Source of the DNA: a virus
Lineage: Duplodnaviria > Heunggongvirae > Uroviricota > Caudoviricetes
DNA length: 64,000 nucleotides
IMG/VR virus record: IMGVR_UViG_3300044799_000708
Strand: one strand, 5' to 3'
Below the pieces are notes generated by a model. The model was not told the origin of the DNA, searched no databases, and saw nothing but the letters and a program-made list of their open reading frames with translations. The position numbers and the translations under genes are program-made. Shown here one piece after another: positions 28,256 through 37,079 of this stretch. Numbering within the stretch: position 1 is the stretch's first letter; each line of letters opens with the position of its first letter.

Positions 28256-28606
28256 TTACAGGAAGACCGTAAGGATGAACATCAGCACACCAGCACCAAC
28301 TACCAGACCAACTACAGTCGCAGAAAGCAACGGTATTCCAGTCACCTGATTGACTGCGCTGATAAGGGTCGGAATAAGGTATACTGCAATAGTTACGCCA
28401 ATGATACCTTCCACGAATCCCTTCGTGTATTCTCTCACATCGAACTTTGCGTATTCAGCCATATTTCTCACTGAAAAATAGTTCTTCGAGATTGCTAATA
28501 AAGAGGGCTTACCAAAAAAGTGGAGGGATGTCCCCTCAAAAAAATATAGGAATCCTATAAAAAATGTGAACCACCACACAAAAAATTTTATATATGTTAA
28601 GAACAA
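28256..28606 (-). CDS. membrane protein (116 aa)
   Basis: Three hydrophobic helices; divergent from the plus-strand island. Confidence 0.45.
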   Translation of the reverse strand: MFLTYIKFFVWWFTFFIGFLYFFEGTSLHFFGKPSLLAISKNYFSVRNMAEYAKFDVREYTKGFVEGIIGVTIAVYLIPTLISAVNQVTGIPLLSATVVGLVVGAGVLMFILTVFL

Positions 28607-28617
28607 TAAGGTAATTA

Positions 28618-29100
28618 ATGGTAGACATAAATTTTAATTTAACAGAAAGAGAAAAAGGATGGTTAGAAGGTATCATAGATGGCGAAGGTTATCTTGCAAT
28701 TTTAAAAAATAAGAACAAGAATAGTAAAAATGGATATGTATGGTCAATGTATCTATCTGTTACCAGCACAAGAAGGGAAATATGTGAAAAATTATTAAAA
28801 TTGTTTAGTAATGAAAAATATGTTGGCGGTAATATAATTAAAAAACCTGCAAAAAATAAAAATTGCAAGGATGCTTATTATTTTATGGCTAAAAGATATT
28901 CTGCCAAAAGGATTTTGCCTCAATTAAATTTTGTAATAAAAGAAAGGCATAGAGAATTACTAATTAAGGCACTCGACCTTGTAGAAAAATATAGAATAGG
29001 TGAATATTTTATGGGCGGAAATGGAAGACCGCCAGAAGTAGAAAATGAAATTATTAAATTATATGAGGAAATGAAAATATTAAATAAGAGAGGTAATTAA
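28618..29100 (+). CDS. LAGLIDADG homing endonuclease, single-motif type (160 aa)
   Basis: Motif KGWLEGIIDGEGYLAI near N-terminus; size and K-rich C-terminal half fit I-CreI-like homodimeric enzymes; TTTTATATAT 22 nt upstream of ATG. Confidence 0.7.
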   Translation: MVDINFNLTEREKGWLEGIIDGEGYLAILKNKNKNSKNGYVWSMYLSVTSTRREICEKLLKLFSNEKYVGGNIIKKPAKNKNCKDAYYFMAKRYSAKRILPQLNFVIKERHRELLIKALDLVEKYRIGEYFMGGNGRPPEVENEIIKLYEEMKILNKRGN

Positions 29101-29101
29101 C

Positions 29102-29401
29102 TTGCAACTGACTCAAAAAGTTATAGATTTTCTTGTGGAAATGCGAAAAAATAATAATGAAATCACAAAAAGAGACCAGAAAATGTTTGATGATGTGCGT
29201 TTCTATGTTATGACAGGCTATTTGTCCAATATTGGTCTAATATATTGTAATGGTGTCAATAAATACAATCAGAAAAGATGGAAACTTTCTGAAAGAGGGG
29301 AAAAGATAGCCGAATTACTGGAAGGGGTAATGAATATTTATTATGAAAAAGGAGGCAAGGAGAATGGCAAAAAGAAGGGCAAAGGGAATTCTGCTCGATA
29401 G
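29102..29401 (+). CDS. hypothetical protein (99 aa)
   Basis: Plus-island ORF; K/G-rich tail. Confidence 0.45.
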   Translation: MQLTQKVIDFLVEMRKNNNEITKRDQKMFDDVRFYVMTGYLSNIGLIYCNGVNKYNQKRWKLSERGEKIAELLEGVMNIYYEKGGKENGKKKGKGNSAR

Positions 29402-29969
29402 TGACTTTAGCGGAAGGGAAGTTACGGTCTCGATAGACTCTGGCTTTACGAAGATTGATGTTGATAAGAATTTGAAATTTGATTTTTTCACGGATAGGAC
29501 AAAGCCCATTAAGATTTTCCGTGATGGTCTTCTCCAGAAAGATGTAAGCGATTTCTATATCTTCAGTTGGAAGTCGCTGATACCTTTGGAGTTTGAATTG
29601 AGGCAGGAACTATGGAAAAGGGATGAAATATATGAAAGAATGAGGAGCAACAATTTTACCGAAGAGGAAATTGAAAGATTCCAGAAGGATGTGGAGAAGA
29701 AGGAAAAGGAAGGCTACAACATGGATTATTTTGTTTTCAAGGCTTTAGAGCCAGTCGAAATAACGAAACAGCACTGGGCAAAGACGGAATTGCCTTCAAT
29801 CATCAGGGATACTGTTGATATGAGGTTTTTGAAAGCCCTGAAGACCTATACTGAAGGCACGAAAGGCGGAATAGGCAGGGGGGCGATAATAATTTTCATC
29901 GTAATATTTATGGTTTTAGTTCTGGTATATGCATATATGTCGGGAGGGGTATTCAAATTACCAACATAA
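29343..29969 (+). CDS. hypothetical protein with C-terminal TM helix (208 aa)
   Basis: C-terminal GAIIIFIVIFMVLVLVYAYM. Confidence 0.45.
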   Translation: MKKEARRMAKRRAKGILLDSDFSGREVTVSIDSGFTKIDVDKNLKFDFFTDRTKPIKIFRDGLLQKDVSDFYIFSWKSLIPLEFELRQELWKRDEIYERMRSNNFTEEEIERFQKDVEKKEKEGYNMDYFVFKALEPVEITKQHWAKTELPSIIRDTVDMRFLKALKTYTEGTKGGIGRGAIIIFIVIFMVLVLVYAYMSGGVFKLPT

Positions 29970-29972
29970 ACT

Positions 29973-30332
29973 ATGGCTAATATACGAGATAGATTACAGA
30001 AGACCGAAGGCGGTGAGCTTTTCGGTCTCGAAGAAGCTTTGGCAAAAATAAATATGGAACTGCTGAACCCTTCGGGTGAAAAGCTGTATACTGTTTCTGA
30101 TGTGACTGCAACGGAAATCTTTCCTCTTGCATATCTGCTTACGCTTTCAAAAAAACTGGATTCGAAGCTTATGGAAAAATGGGCTGAAAAATTCCTGCTA
30201 TTGAGGATTTCAAGGTTCAGGCTTGGAAGGCGTGAATTTGTTTTTATTTCAGGGGGTCTGCGAGAAGTAAGTGAAGCAAGGAAAGGCGGACAGAAGGGAG
30301 GCTTGGCAAATCTTTTTTCGGGCTTTAAATGA
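29973..30332 (+). CDS. hypothetical protein (119 aa)
   Basis: Plus-island ORF. Confidence 0.45.
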   Translation: MANIRDRLQKTEGGELFGLEEALAKINMELLNPSGEKLYTVSDVTATEIFPLAYLLTLSKKLDSKLMEKWAEKFLLLRISRFRLGRREFVFISGGLREVSEARKGGQKGGLANLFSGFK

Positions 30333-30426
30333 CCCTATTGATAAGTGATAACTATGTATGAAAATATGAATATGTGGGATAGAGTAGATAAAATTTTATT
30401 TCATAAAATATAAAAGGGTGATATAA

Positions 30427-30597
30427 ATGGCAGACGAGCAGCAAAGGCAACTTGATAAGGTGGTTGATGTCGATTCTATGTATGGCTATGAGCCAGAAGA
30501 AGAACAAAAAAAGGAAGACAGAAAAGCGGAAATTCTCAAAGCATTCCTTCACCATTTGAATGAAAGGAAAAAATTATATTTGAGGAAAGTCGAGTGA
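30427..30597 (+). CDS. hypothetical acidic small protein (56 aa, below track cut-off)
   Basis: GGTGATATAAATG RBS; MADEQQRQLDKVVDVDSMYGYEPEEEQ..; stop TGA one nt before next ATG. Confidence 0.45.
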   Translation: MADEQQRQLDKVVDVDSMYGYEPEEEQKKEDRKAEILKAFLHHLNERKKLYLRKVE

Positions 30598-30598
30598 T

Positions 30599-30997
30599 AT
30601 GAGAATAGAAATCACGGAAATAAATGGCAAGGGTCTTAACCTTAAGAATATAGACCAGTCGCTTGATGAATTTACAGAAGCTGCCGAAAAGGAATATGAT
30701 GAAAGCAAGGAAAGGGCTTTGAAAAGTTTTAAGGCAAGGGCATTCGGTTTGACTGGTGCTATACGCAACAAGATGCCAGAATTTATGGTTCATTTGCATT
30801 TTATAGAGGATAACAGGGTCATTTTGAGGAATTCTCTTCCCTTCAGCAAAATTGCGGAGAAGACAGGTTCGTATAAGAAAATGGAAGAGGGTCTGAAGGG
30901 TTATCTGAAGGCAAAGGGATTCGAGTGCGATGTCAAGATTATGAAAGACAAGGAGGAGAGAGATAAAATGGGTGTCTATGAAAGGAGAGTGGAATAG
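30599..30997 (+). CDS. hypothetical protein (132 aa)
   Basis: Coupled to the preceding ORF. Confidence 0.5.
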   Translation: MRIEITEINGKGLNLKNIDQSLDEFTEAAEKEYDESKERALKSFKARAFGLTGAIRNKMPEFMVHLHFIEDNRVILRNSLPFSKIAEKTGSYKKMEEGLKGYLKAKGFECDVKIMKDKEERDKMGVYERRVE

Positions 30998-31038
30998 ATG
31001 GTTCTATTCGGCATCATAGGGGAAAACTGAAATCTATT

Positions 31039-31107
31039 ATGGATTTTAGTCCCAATTTAGGTGCTGGTAAGACCTTAACTCTGGCATATTTGTCTTGGTT
31101 AGTATGA
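31039..31107 (+). pseudogene. orphan Walker-A (P-loop) fragment of the downstream Zot-like ATPase
   Basis: MDFSPNLGAGKTLTLAYLSWLV then stop; different reading frame (phase 1) from the Walker-B-containing ORF 31208 (phase 2). Confidence 0.4.
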
Positions 31108-31207
31108 AAGGAAAGAAAATTCCTATTATGCCCAAAAAAATTGGTTCAGAAAAAGGTCAAAATTATATTGTAATTTCCATCTATATAAAATACCATATAT
31201 CCATATT

Positions 31208-31732
31208 GTGGCTATTGACCAGATTACACAGATGCACGATGGTCACGTTTCACTCGATGAACTTTGGACAATATTAGATGCAAGGGCATCTGCCTCTACG
31301 AGAAATAGGTTTGTTGCGGATATAATGCTGAAATCGAGGAAAAGAGACCTTACCATTATGTTCACGACACAGCTTCTGGATATGCTTGATAAAAGGGTGA
31401 GGAAAATAATGGATTTTACAGCATACACATTACTAAACAGAGTTGAGACATTGGGGAAATGTTTCATCTTTCGTGGTGGTTATCCAAAAGACCATATGCT
31501 TCTCAAGAGTTTCATGTTCTACACACAGCCTGTATTTGGTATGTTCAATACGAACCAAGAAATCCAAATGGAGGAATCAAGCGATAATGCGCCTATGAAA
31601 ATTGTGTTCCAAGAAAGCCCAGAAAAGCCACCGAAATATTTTGATACATGGGAAGATTGTGACCATTATGCTGAAAAGTGGTGGGAAAAAAATGGCAAGG
31701 AACTTTTATCTTTTCTTATAACAGGTCAGTGA
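31208..31732 (+). CDS. Zot-like (inovirus pI-type) P-loop ATPase, C-terminal portion lacking in-frame Walker A
   Basis: HVSLDELW (Walker B hhhhDE) followed by RKRDLTIMFTTQLLDMLDKRVR matching the Zot family R-x-x-D..TQ motif; track start is GTG. Confidence 0.45.
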   Translation: MAIDQITQMHDGHVSLDELWTILDARASASTRNRFVADIMLKSRKRDLTIMFTTQLLDMLDKRVRKIMDFTAYTLLNRVETLGKCFIFRGGYPKDHMLLKSFMFYTQPVFGMFNTNQEIQMEESSDNAPMKIVFQESPEKPPKYFDTWEDCDHYAEKWWEKNGKELLSFLITGQ

Positions 31733-31733
31733 T

Positions 31734-32006
31734 ATGGAAAACGGAAAATATGAAAAATGGTATAGGTATACGGTGAATCATTTTAATAATATGATTCTGG
31801 ACAGGGATGGCTTCGATATTTATGAAAAATACTTGTTCAAAGGAATAGATAAGATGAGACCCTATGCCCCAGACTTATGCAATACTCTGGAACATATGGC
31901 AAAACTTATGAAAAAGAAGAGAAATAACTTGCTTCTTTCTCTCACATTCATGTTTCTTTTCTACCAGTTTCCATTTATTTTCAAATTGAAGAGGATGGCT
32001 TTCTAA
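31734..32006 (+). CDS. hypothetical protein (90 aa)
   Basis: Plus-island ORF. Confidence 0.4.
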   Translation: MENGKYEKWYRYTVNHFNNMILDRDGFDIYEKYLFKGIDKMRPYAPDLCNTLEHMAKLMKKKRNNLLLSLTFMFLFYQFPFIFKLKRMAF

Positions 32007-32251
32007 TGGGCTTGCTTCGTGACCATCTGATTAAAGACCCTGTAATGAAGAGAAAGGTCACTATGGCTATGACAATTGTTATGATGTTGGGTTTGGTCAT
32101 ATCATTATTCATACCGCAGATTATGGGCATACCGTATCAGCAGGGAAGGGACTGGGCAAAGGAGATATGTCTGGTCACTGAAGACGACCTGAAGAATATG
32201 AATATGAGCGAAGGTTTTCTTTATGGAATGGACTTGGAGAAGAGTTCTTAA
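32006..32251 (+). CDS. small single-TM protein (81 aa)
   Basis: TMAMTIVMMLGLVISLFIPQIMGI. Confidence 0.45.
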   Translation: MGLLRDHLIKDPVMKRKVTMAMTIVMMLGLVISLFIPQIMGIPYQQGRDWAKEICLVTEDDLKNMNMSEGFLYGMDLEKSS

Positions 32252-32534
32252 CTATGACGGAAGCAGGGAAGCGAAGATTAGCATAATTTTAGATGTAATA
32301 TTGATTATAACATTTATTTTATGGGGATTTTATGTCACGAATAATGTTTTCGGAAAAGGTCTTGATGACGGTCTTACGGAGATTAGATGCGTGCTTACCA
32401 ATCCGCAGTATCACGATATGATGTGGAACAATAGCGGTTCTGTTTTTTCGGCTGGTTACAATTCAAGTAGATTTGTGGTAGACAAGATGGAACTGCTCAA
32501 GAGCATAAGAAATGGTAGCTTCCAAATCAAATAA
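32223..32534 (+). CDS. small single-TM protein (103 aa)
   Basis: ISIILDVILIITFILWGFYV; last gene of plus island, convergent with minus array. Confidence 0.45.
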   Translation: MEWTWRRVLNYDGSREAKISIILDVILIITFILWGFYVTNNVFGKGLDDGLTEIRCVLTNPQYHDMMWNNSGSVFSAGYNSSRFVVDKMELLKSIRNGSFQIK

Positions 32535-32587
32535 TTCCACTATTTCTCATTCCGAATTCGACTTTGTATACAAAATTAGTTGCATTT

Positions 32588-33076
32588 TTATGGGTTATGG
32601 GCTTCCTTTCTGAAGTATTTTAGTGGTAGAAAAAGTTGCGTTTCAAAGCAACCGAGACTGTCTTCTATTGCATATTTTTTCCAAGTTTTGACATCGCTGT
32701 AATATACTTCTTGTGTTCCGTCTACCTTCGTGTAGATTATGAGTATTTCAGTTACCTTGTTTGATATTAGGTTGAAAACTTCCTTTGTTATGCCGAATGA
32801 GACATATTTCCTTACGAAATGGGTCTTGTCCCTGAAGGAAATATACTTTAGACCCCTCATCAAGCCGACTTTCCTGTTGCCGTAGAAAACTTCCTCATTC
32901 TTCTCTGGTTCAAATAATGGCTTAATATTTTTTGCCTTTATTCCCCTTCTTCTTCTTGGAAATTTGTTTTGGCAGTCACCACATAGGACAGAAAATTTGT
33001 TTTTGTAAATCAGGTTCGTAGAACCGCATTTTGGGCAGGTCTTTTGGTTTCTTGCCTGTTCTATGAATTCGACCAT
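32588..33076 (-). CDS. zinc-ribbon protein (162 aa)
   Basis: CPKCGSTNL..x..CGDCQNKF at N-terminus. Confidence 0.5.
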   Translation of the reverse strand: MVEFIEQARNQKTCPKCGSTNLIYKNKFSVLCGDCQNKFPRRRRGIKAKNIKPLFEPEKNEEVFYGNRKVGLMRGLKYISFRDKTHFVRKYVSFGITKEVFNLISNKVTEILIIYTKVDGTQEVYYSDVKTWKKYAIEDSLGCFETQLFLPLKYFRKEAHNP

Positions 33077-33212
33077 ATATTATTCTTCCATTTTTCTTAT
33101 TATAAGCATCCCTAAAAGGAAAATTAATATGCATATCATACTGACTATTTGTAGCAAGTCCTTTGTAAATGCGAAAGTTAATGCGGATATGAGAAGACCG
33201 AAGAAAAAAACA

Positions 33213-33581
33213 TCACTTTTTTTCACTTCCACCACCCAATTGTTCTTCAATGGTCTTTTTTATCTCATCCATTTTGCTTTTTTCAAGCGGTTTGTTGGCT
33301 TTGTTTTTCATATGGAAAACCTTGTCCTCAAGAGCAGTCTGCCATGCAGTAAAGCTTGATGTCAGTTGCTTTTCTGCGAGTAGGCGAAGATATTCTGGGT
33401 TTTTGTTGTAGTCCACACCCTTTCCCTTAAGGAAATTCATTATCCTGTCGAGTTCGCCAAAGTTGTTCTCAAGAAGTTCATTTTGCATTTTTTCCTGTTC
33501 CTCTTTCGTGAGTTCTACCCTATGATATTGGTATCTTATCTGGGTTGTTCTTCCTAATAATGCCATTTTCAACACCTCCAT
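33213..33581 (-). CDS. hypothetical protein (122 aa)
   Basis: Minus array ORF. Confidence 0.5.
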   Translation of the reverse strand: MEVLKMALLGRTTQIRYQYHRVELTKEEQEKMQNELLENNFGELDRIMNFLKGKGVDYNKNPEYLRLLAEKQLTSSFTAWQTALEDKVFHMKNKANKPLEKSKMDEIKKTIEEQLGGGSEKK

Positions 33582-33617
33582 ATTTTTCTTCTTTCCATAC
33601 TTGATAATCGAGGATTC

Positions 33618-33920
33618 TTATTTTTTTACAAGTTCCTTTCTGCACATTTTCGTCATTCTTTTTTTAAAGCATTCGAAATGGCTGAAATAAAATTGTTTCG
33701 TAGCCCCGATTGTGATAAACACTATATTCTTGTCATTTTCTTCTATCATTTTGGGGCAGAAACAACAGGCAAAACCTATCTTCTTGCCTTTCAAAAATTC
33801 TTTCCTGCCTTTTGGCGTGTTTATGTATATCTCATGTGTGGTTAACTTTCTTCTCATATTTCGCTCTCCAGTAGCACAATCGGTTTTTTGCCGACAAATC
33901 TCCTGTGGCATTTTGGGCAT
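33618..33920 (-). CDS. Cys-rich small protein (track 100 aa; probable start at internal MRRKL, about 79 aa)
   Basis: A 54-aa zinc-ribbon ORF (MKPIPTIKIKKMMCGYETCNH..CPKCH..) ends with TGA overlapping ATGAGAAGA inside this ORF. Confidence 0.45.
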   Translation of the reverse strand: MPKMPQEICRQKTDCATGERNMRRKLTTHEIYINTPKGRKEFLKGKKIGFACCFCPKMIEENDKNIVFITIGATKQFYFSHFECFKKRMTKMCRKELVKK

Positions 33921-34014
33921 CCTGTCGGAAGTCCATCTTTTTGCCTCAACCAGATGTGATTACAAGTTTCATAACCGCACATCATTTTCTTTATTTTTAT
34001 TGTTGGTATCGGTT

Positions 34015-34278
34015 TCATTTGTTCCTCTCATTCACCTTTTCATGTTCTATGACATCTTCATAATAACATATTTCGCTATCTTTTGGCAATAGGTAAATAA
34101 TAAAGCAAGATAAGACAAATGCCAATATGGATGTTGAGATTATTTCACCAGTATTTATTATCCAAATGTAAGCAGCTCCCAAATTGAAAAACTCAAAAAG
34201 TATCAATGCGATGACAAATGTCCCCCAATGATATTTCTTTATTCTTCTTTCTACATGCCTGACTGCAAGTTCTTTCAT
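34015..34278 (-). CDS. small membrane protein (87 aa)
   Basis: Two TM helices. Confidence 0.45.
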   Translation of the reverse strand: MKELAVRHVERRIKKYHWGTFVIALILFEFFNLGAAYIWIINTGEIISTSILAFVLSCFIIYLLPKDSEICYYEDVIEHEKVNERNK

Positions 34279-34282
34279 CCTT

Positions 34283-34546
34283 TCACCTCAATCCCTTTCG
34301 GTTTTCCGTTAAGACAGTCAATATTAGTGCCTTGTTCTTTTTCAGGTTCTGGAAAAGCCCCCATCTGACATTGCCCTTTTCATTTGTTGGAAGTCTTATC
34401 ATTCCTCCGCTTCCTTGCGAAGCCTGCAGCATCTGACCTGCTCGGAATCTCATCAGCATTTTGTCTATCTCCGACATCATTTTCAGCAGTTCATCTTCCT
34501 TGAGTTTTCGCAGTTCCTTTGCCTTCAGCCGTTTGTTCAAATCCAT
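34283..34546 (-). CDS. hypothetical small protein (87 aa; may start at internal MMSEI)
   Basis: Overlaps the preceding ORF by 56 nt in another frame. Confidence 0.4.
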   Translation of the reverse strand: MDLNKRLKAKELRKLKEDELLKMMSEIDKMLMRFRAGQMLQASQGSGGMIRLPTNEKGNVRWGLFQNLKKNKALILTVLTENRKGLR

Positions 34547-34754
34547 ATTTCTTCTCCAGATTTTCCAACCTTTTCTTGAGTTTTCCTATGTCCGAATAAC
34601 TCGGATATATGAAAACTACCATCAGATAAAGCAAAAAGAAATATATCATAGCAACCAATCTGATTGTCACATCGGGAAAAAACCAAAGAAATATGACCCC
34701 AATAACTATCAAAATTTCATAAAATGTATCAAATTTATCGCCCATACAAATCAC
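34491..34754 (-). CDS. small membrane protein (87 aa)
   Basis: Two TM helices and K-rich tail. Confidence 0.45.
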   Translation of the reverse strand: MICMGDKFDTFYEILIVIGVIFLWFFPDVTIRLVAMIYFFLLYLMVVFIYPSYSDIGKLKKRLENLEKKYGFEQTAEGKGTAKTQGR

Positions 34755-34791
34755 TAATACTTATTTATTTGTATCAAACATATATAAAGAT

Positions 34792-35112
34792 TTATTGAAC
34801 CTTCTTTTTCTCTGTAATATTGCCCAGAAAATCATATTCATAGACATAGACTTCCTTTTCTTTGAAAAGCACTTGAAATGGTTTTTTTGGGCAGGTCAAA
34901 TCAAGGGCAATACGCTTTACGTCATCGCCAAGTTTTAATCTGTATCTACAGCATTCTTCTTTACTCAAATCTAAAAACCGCCAGCCATAATGCCAACCAC
35001 GTTTTGTCTTTCTTATGAGATATGGAAATCTGCCAAAGATTACCGTTCCTTTGAATAGGTAATATAATAATTTCATTGCATCATGGTCGTCTTGGTCGCA
35101 TAGGACTCTCAT
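34792..35112 (-). CDS. hypothetical protein (106 aa)
   Basis: Minus array ORF. Confidence 0.5.
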   Translation of the reverse strand: MRVLCDQDDHDAMKLLYYLFKGTVIFGRFPYLIRKTKRGWHYGWRFLDLSKEECCRYRLKLGDDVKRIALDLTCPKKPFQVLFKEKEVYVYEYDFLGNITEKKKVQ

Positions 35113-35345
35113 TTTATCATCTCTTCGATTTCACGAACTGGGCAATCCACCATTTTCCCATTCATATAGCAGGTTTGATTTATTATTATCGTTTCATTTC
35201 GTAATGTCGTTGAAAAAATGCAATTGCCTAAAATATCGCATTCAACCTTGTCCGCATTAAAGTAAAGGACATAGACTTCTACAAGTGTGCCTACTAAAAT
35301 TATGCAAAGAATTATTACAAAAACGATTTCTATAGTTTTATCCAT
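35109..35345 (-). CDS. small protein with N-terminal TM (78 aa)
   Basis: IVFVIILCIILVGTLVEVYVLYF then 4 Cys. Confidence 0.45.
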   Translation of the reverse strand: MDKTIEIVFVIILCIILVGTLVEVYVLYFNADKVECDILGNCIFSTTLRNETIIINQTCYMNGKMVDCPVREIEEMIK

Positions 35346-35349
35346 ATTA

Positions 35350-35679
35350 TCATCCTTTATCCAAAGCCTTTTTTCTGTATTTTTCCTTTATTCTCGAAAT
35401 ATTTTTCATGTATATCATATAGAAAAAAATCATTGGCACAACAAGTATCATCTTGATTATGCTATTCCAGAATAAAATGAGATATATCATACCTTCAAAA
35501 CCAAATGCTAACATAGAAATTGACCACATCAAAAGAATGAATTTTTCTTTTTTGCTGTAGTATTTATTAGACCAAGTATAACTCACTTTAAAAGATTTTG
35601 TTTCACTTATGGTTTCCTCTGTTTTTGATTTCGGTATTGAAAAAATGAATCTCAATGTATATTTTAATCTTTCAAGCAT
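35350..35679 (-). CDS. membrane protein (109 aa)
   Basis: Two or three TM helices. Confidence 0.45.
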   Translation of the reverse strand: MLERLKYTLRFIFSIPKSKTEETISETKSFKVSYTWSNKYYSKKEKFILLMWSISMLAFGFEGMIYLILFWNSIIKMILVVPMIFFYMIYMKNISRIKEKYRKKALDKG

Positions 35680-35693
35680 TTTTGACCGCCTTT

Positions 35694-35882
35694 TTAATTT
35701 TTGCTGTCATCAGTTTCTTCCTTATTCCATATTCCATGCCAACTTCTTGTATGGAGTTTCAAATCCCTTTCATCGTGATAGGTCATAGGGCAACGAGTGC
35801 ATTTATGTGACTTGTTAAGACCCCTTTGCCCACCTATCCTTTTTGTTTTATCTTTTGCCCTGTCCTGTTTCTTTTTCTGCAT
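35694..35882 (-). CDS. C2H2-type zinc-finger protein (62 aa)
   Basis: HKCTRCPMTYHDERDLKLHTRSWH = C-x2-C-x12-H-x4-H; basic N-tail. Confidence 0.45.
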   Translation of the reverse strand: MQKKKQDRAKDKTKRIGGQRGLNKSHKCTRCPMTYHDERDLKLHTRSWHGIWNKEETDDSKN

Positions 35883-35894
35883 ATTGTCTCACGC

Positions 35895-36086
35895 TCAAGT
35901 TCTTTTTATTATTCTGATGTCGGAATGATGATACCTATCCAAAAGCAATTTGAAAATGTCATCCTCGAAATCTTCAAGTTTGCTTTTAACTATTTCCGAT
36001 TCGTAGTTTGCATCCATTTCCTGCCTTATGATTATTTCTATTTTTCGGCTTCCATCATCCGCAAATATATGTTTGGTTCGCTTCAT
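35895..36086 (-). CDS. hypothetical small protein (63 aa)
   Basis: Minus array ORF. Confidence 0.45.
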   Translation of the reverse strand: MKRTKHIFADDGSRKIEIIIRQEMDANYESEIVKSKLEDFEDDIFKLLLDRYHHSDIRIIKRT

Positions 36087-36091
36087 CTATT

Positions 36092-36361
36092 TCACCTCCT
36101 TCGAATTCCTTTCATCCTTGTATCATTATCCTCATCCCATCTATATCTTGTTTTTTCTCTTAACCTTCGCAATTCTGGTATGCCAACCTGCTTTTCCAGT
36201 TCTGCAATCCTTTCATCGATTGCTTTTGTCCATTTGTTATCGGCATTTTGACGACCTTCATTAAACTGATAAGTAGTCGCTTCGGTAAACTCTTCTTCCG
36301 TGAGATGCCTCGTTTTCTTTTCGGTCATACTTTCACATCTTTCATTTTGGCTTTTCCACAT
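36092..36361 (-). CDS. hypothetical small protein (89 aa)
   Basis: Minus array ORF. Confidence 0.45.
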   Translation of the reverse strand: MWKSQNERCESMTEKKTRHLTEEEFTEATTYQFNEGRQNADNKWTKAIDERIAELEKQVGIPELRRLREKTRYRWDEDNDTRMKGIRRR

Positions 36362-36522
36362 TTCGGGCAGATGACATTATAGTATACGCCTTTTTTATGT
36401 TTTGTTTTATGCTTGAGTCTGAATTTTATTTCGCATTTTTTGCATATTCCAAAGGCTTTGCCTTCATGCAGTTTGGTCTTTGGCACTATTTTTTTGCCCT
36501 TTCTTTCCTTTTCCTCTTTCAT
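36325..36522 (-). CDS. zinc-ribbon protein (65 aa)
   Basis: CKKCEIKF..x..CPKCGKAK. Confidence 0.45.
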   Translation of the reverse strand: MKEEKERKGKKIVPKTKLHEGKAFGICKKCEIKFRLKHKTKHKKGVYYNVICPKCGKAKMKDVKV

Positions 36523-37079
36523 ATTTGCATATCCTCATTTGAAGCCAAATGTTCTTTCTTATAGATAAACATCTTCTTTTTCATTCCCTTCGCATATCTT
36601 ATCGTCTGGGAAGTCCCTCCCTTTACACCTTTATGGTTGAATGCGATAAGAATATCGGAGATTTCAGCGATTATTTTGTTCCTTTCATAGAACCTCTCTG
36701 GTGAAGGTTTTTTCGGGTCTGGGTAGATGATTAGAAATGGAATTCCGTTTTTCTTTGCATATATCTGGGCAAAAGTGTCCACTCCGATTGCGCCACCAGA
36801 TACGATTATGTCCTTTTGCGTGATGTCCAGCCATTCCTTGTTCAGTTTGTCAAGTTTTTCAAGGACTTCCATAAGCCCCCATCCATATCTGTTGCCAACG
36901 ATTCCAATAATCCGAATATTATTTCCTGTTGGTATTCCGATTTTTTTAATAGTTTTCTTCCATGCCTTTACCTTTATATCCCTTGACAGCCTTTCAATCT
37001 GCTTTCTGCTCTCTTGTGTGAAACTCCCAACCGCTAAAGCGTGTGGGCTTCTATTGGACTTTGCCATAGTTGCCTCCAA
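36519..37079 (-). CDS. DprA/Smf-like (SLOG superfamily) Rossmann-fold protein (186 aa)
   Basis: IIGIVGNRYGWG ... IIVSGGAIGVDTFAQIYAKKNGIPFLIIYPD resembles the DprA GxxxGID motif region; overlaps the TnpB 3' end by 29 nt. Confidence 0.35.
   Translation of the reverse strand: MEATMAKSNRSPHALAVGSFTQESRKQIERLSRDIKVKAWKKTIKKIGIPTGNNIRIIGIVGNRYGWGLMEVLEKLDKLNKEWLDITQKDIIVSGGAIGVDTFAQIYAKKNGIPFLIIYPDPKKPSPERFYERNKIIAEISDILIAFNHKGVKGGTSQTIRYAKGMKKKMFIYKKEHLASNEDMQI

Noticed and set aside
34283-34754. Two overlapping ORFs encoding similar K/L/E-rich heptads in different frames, considered as possible dual coding
   Set aside because: The periodic AAR/GAR-rich DNA yields coiled-coil-like text in any frame. 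More likely one ORF start is mis-called (internal MMSEI start fits the MM pattern).
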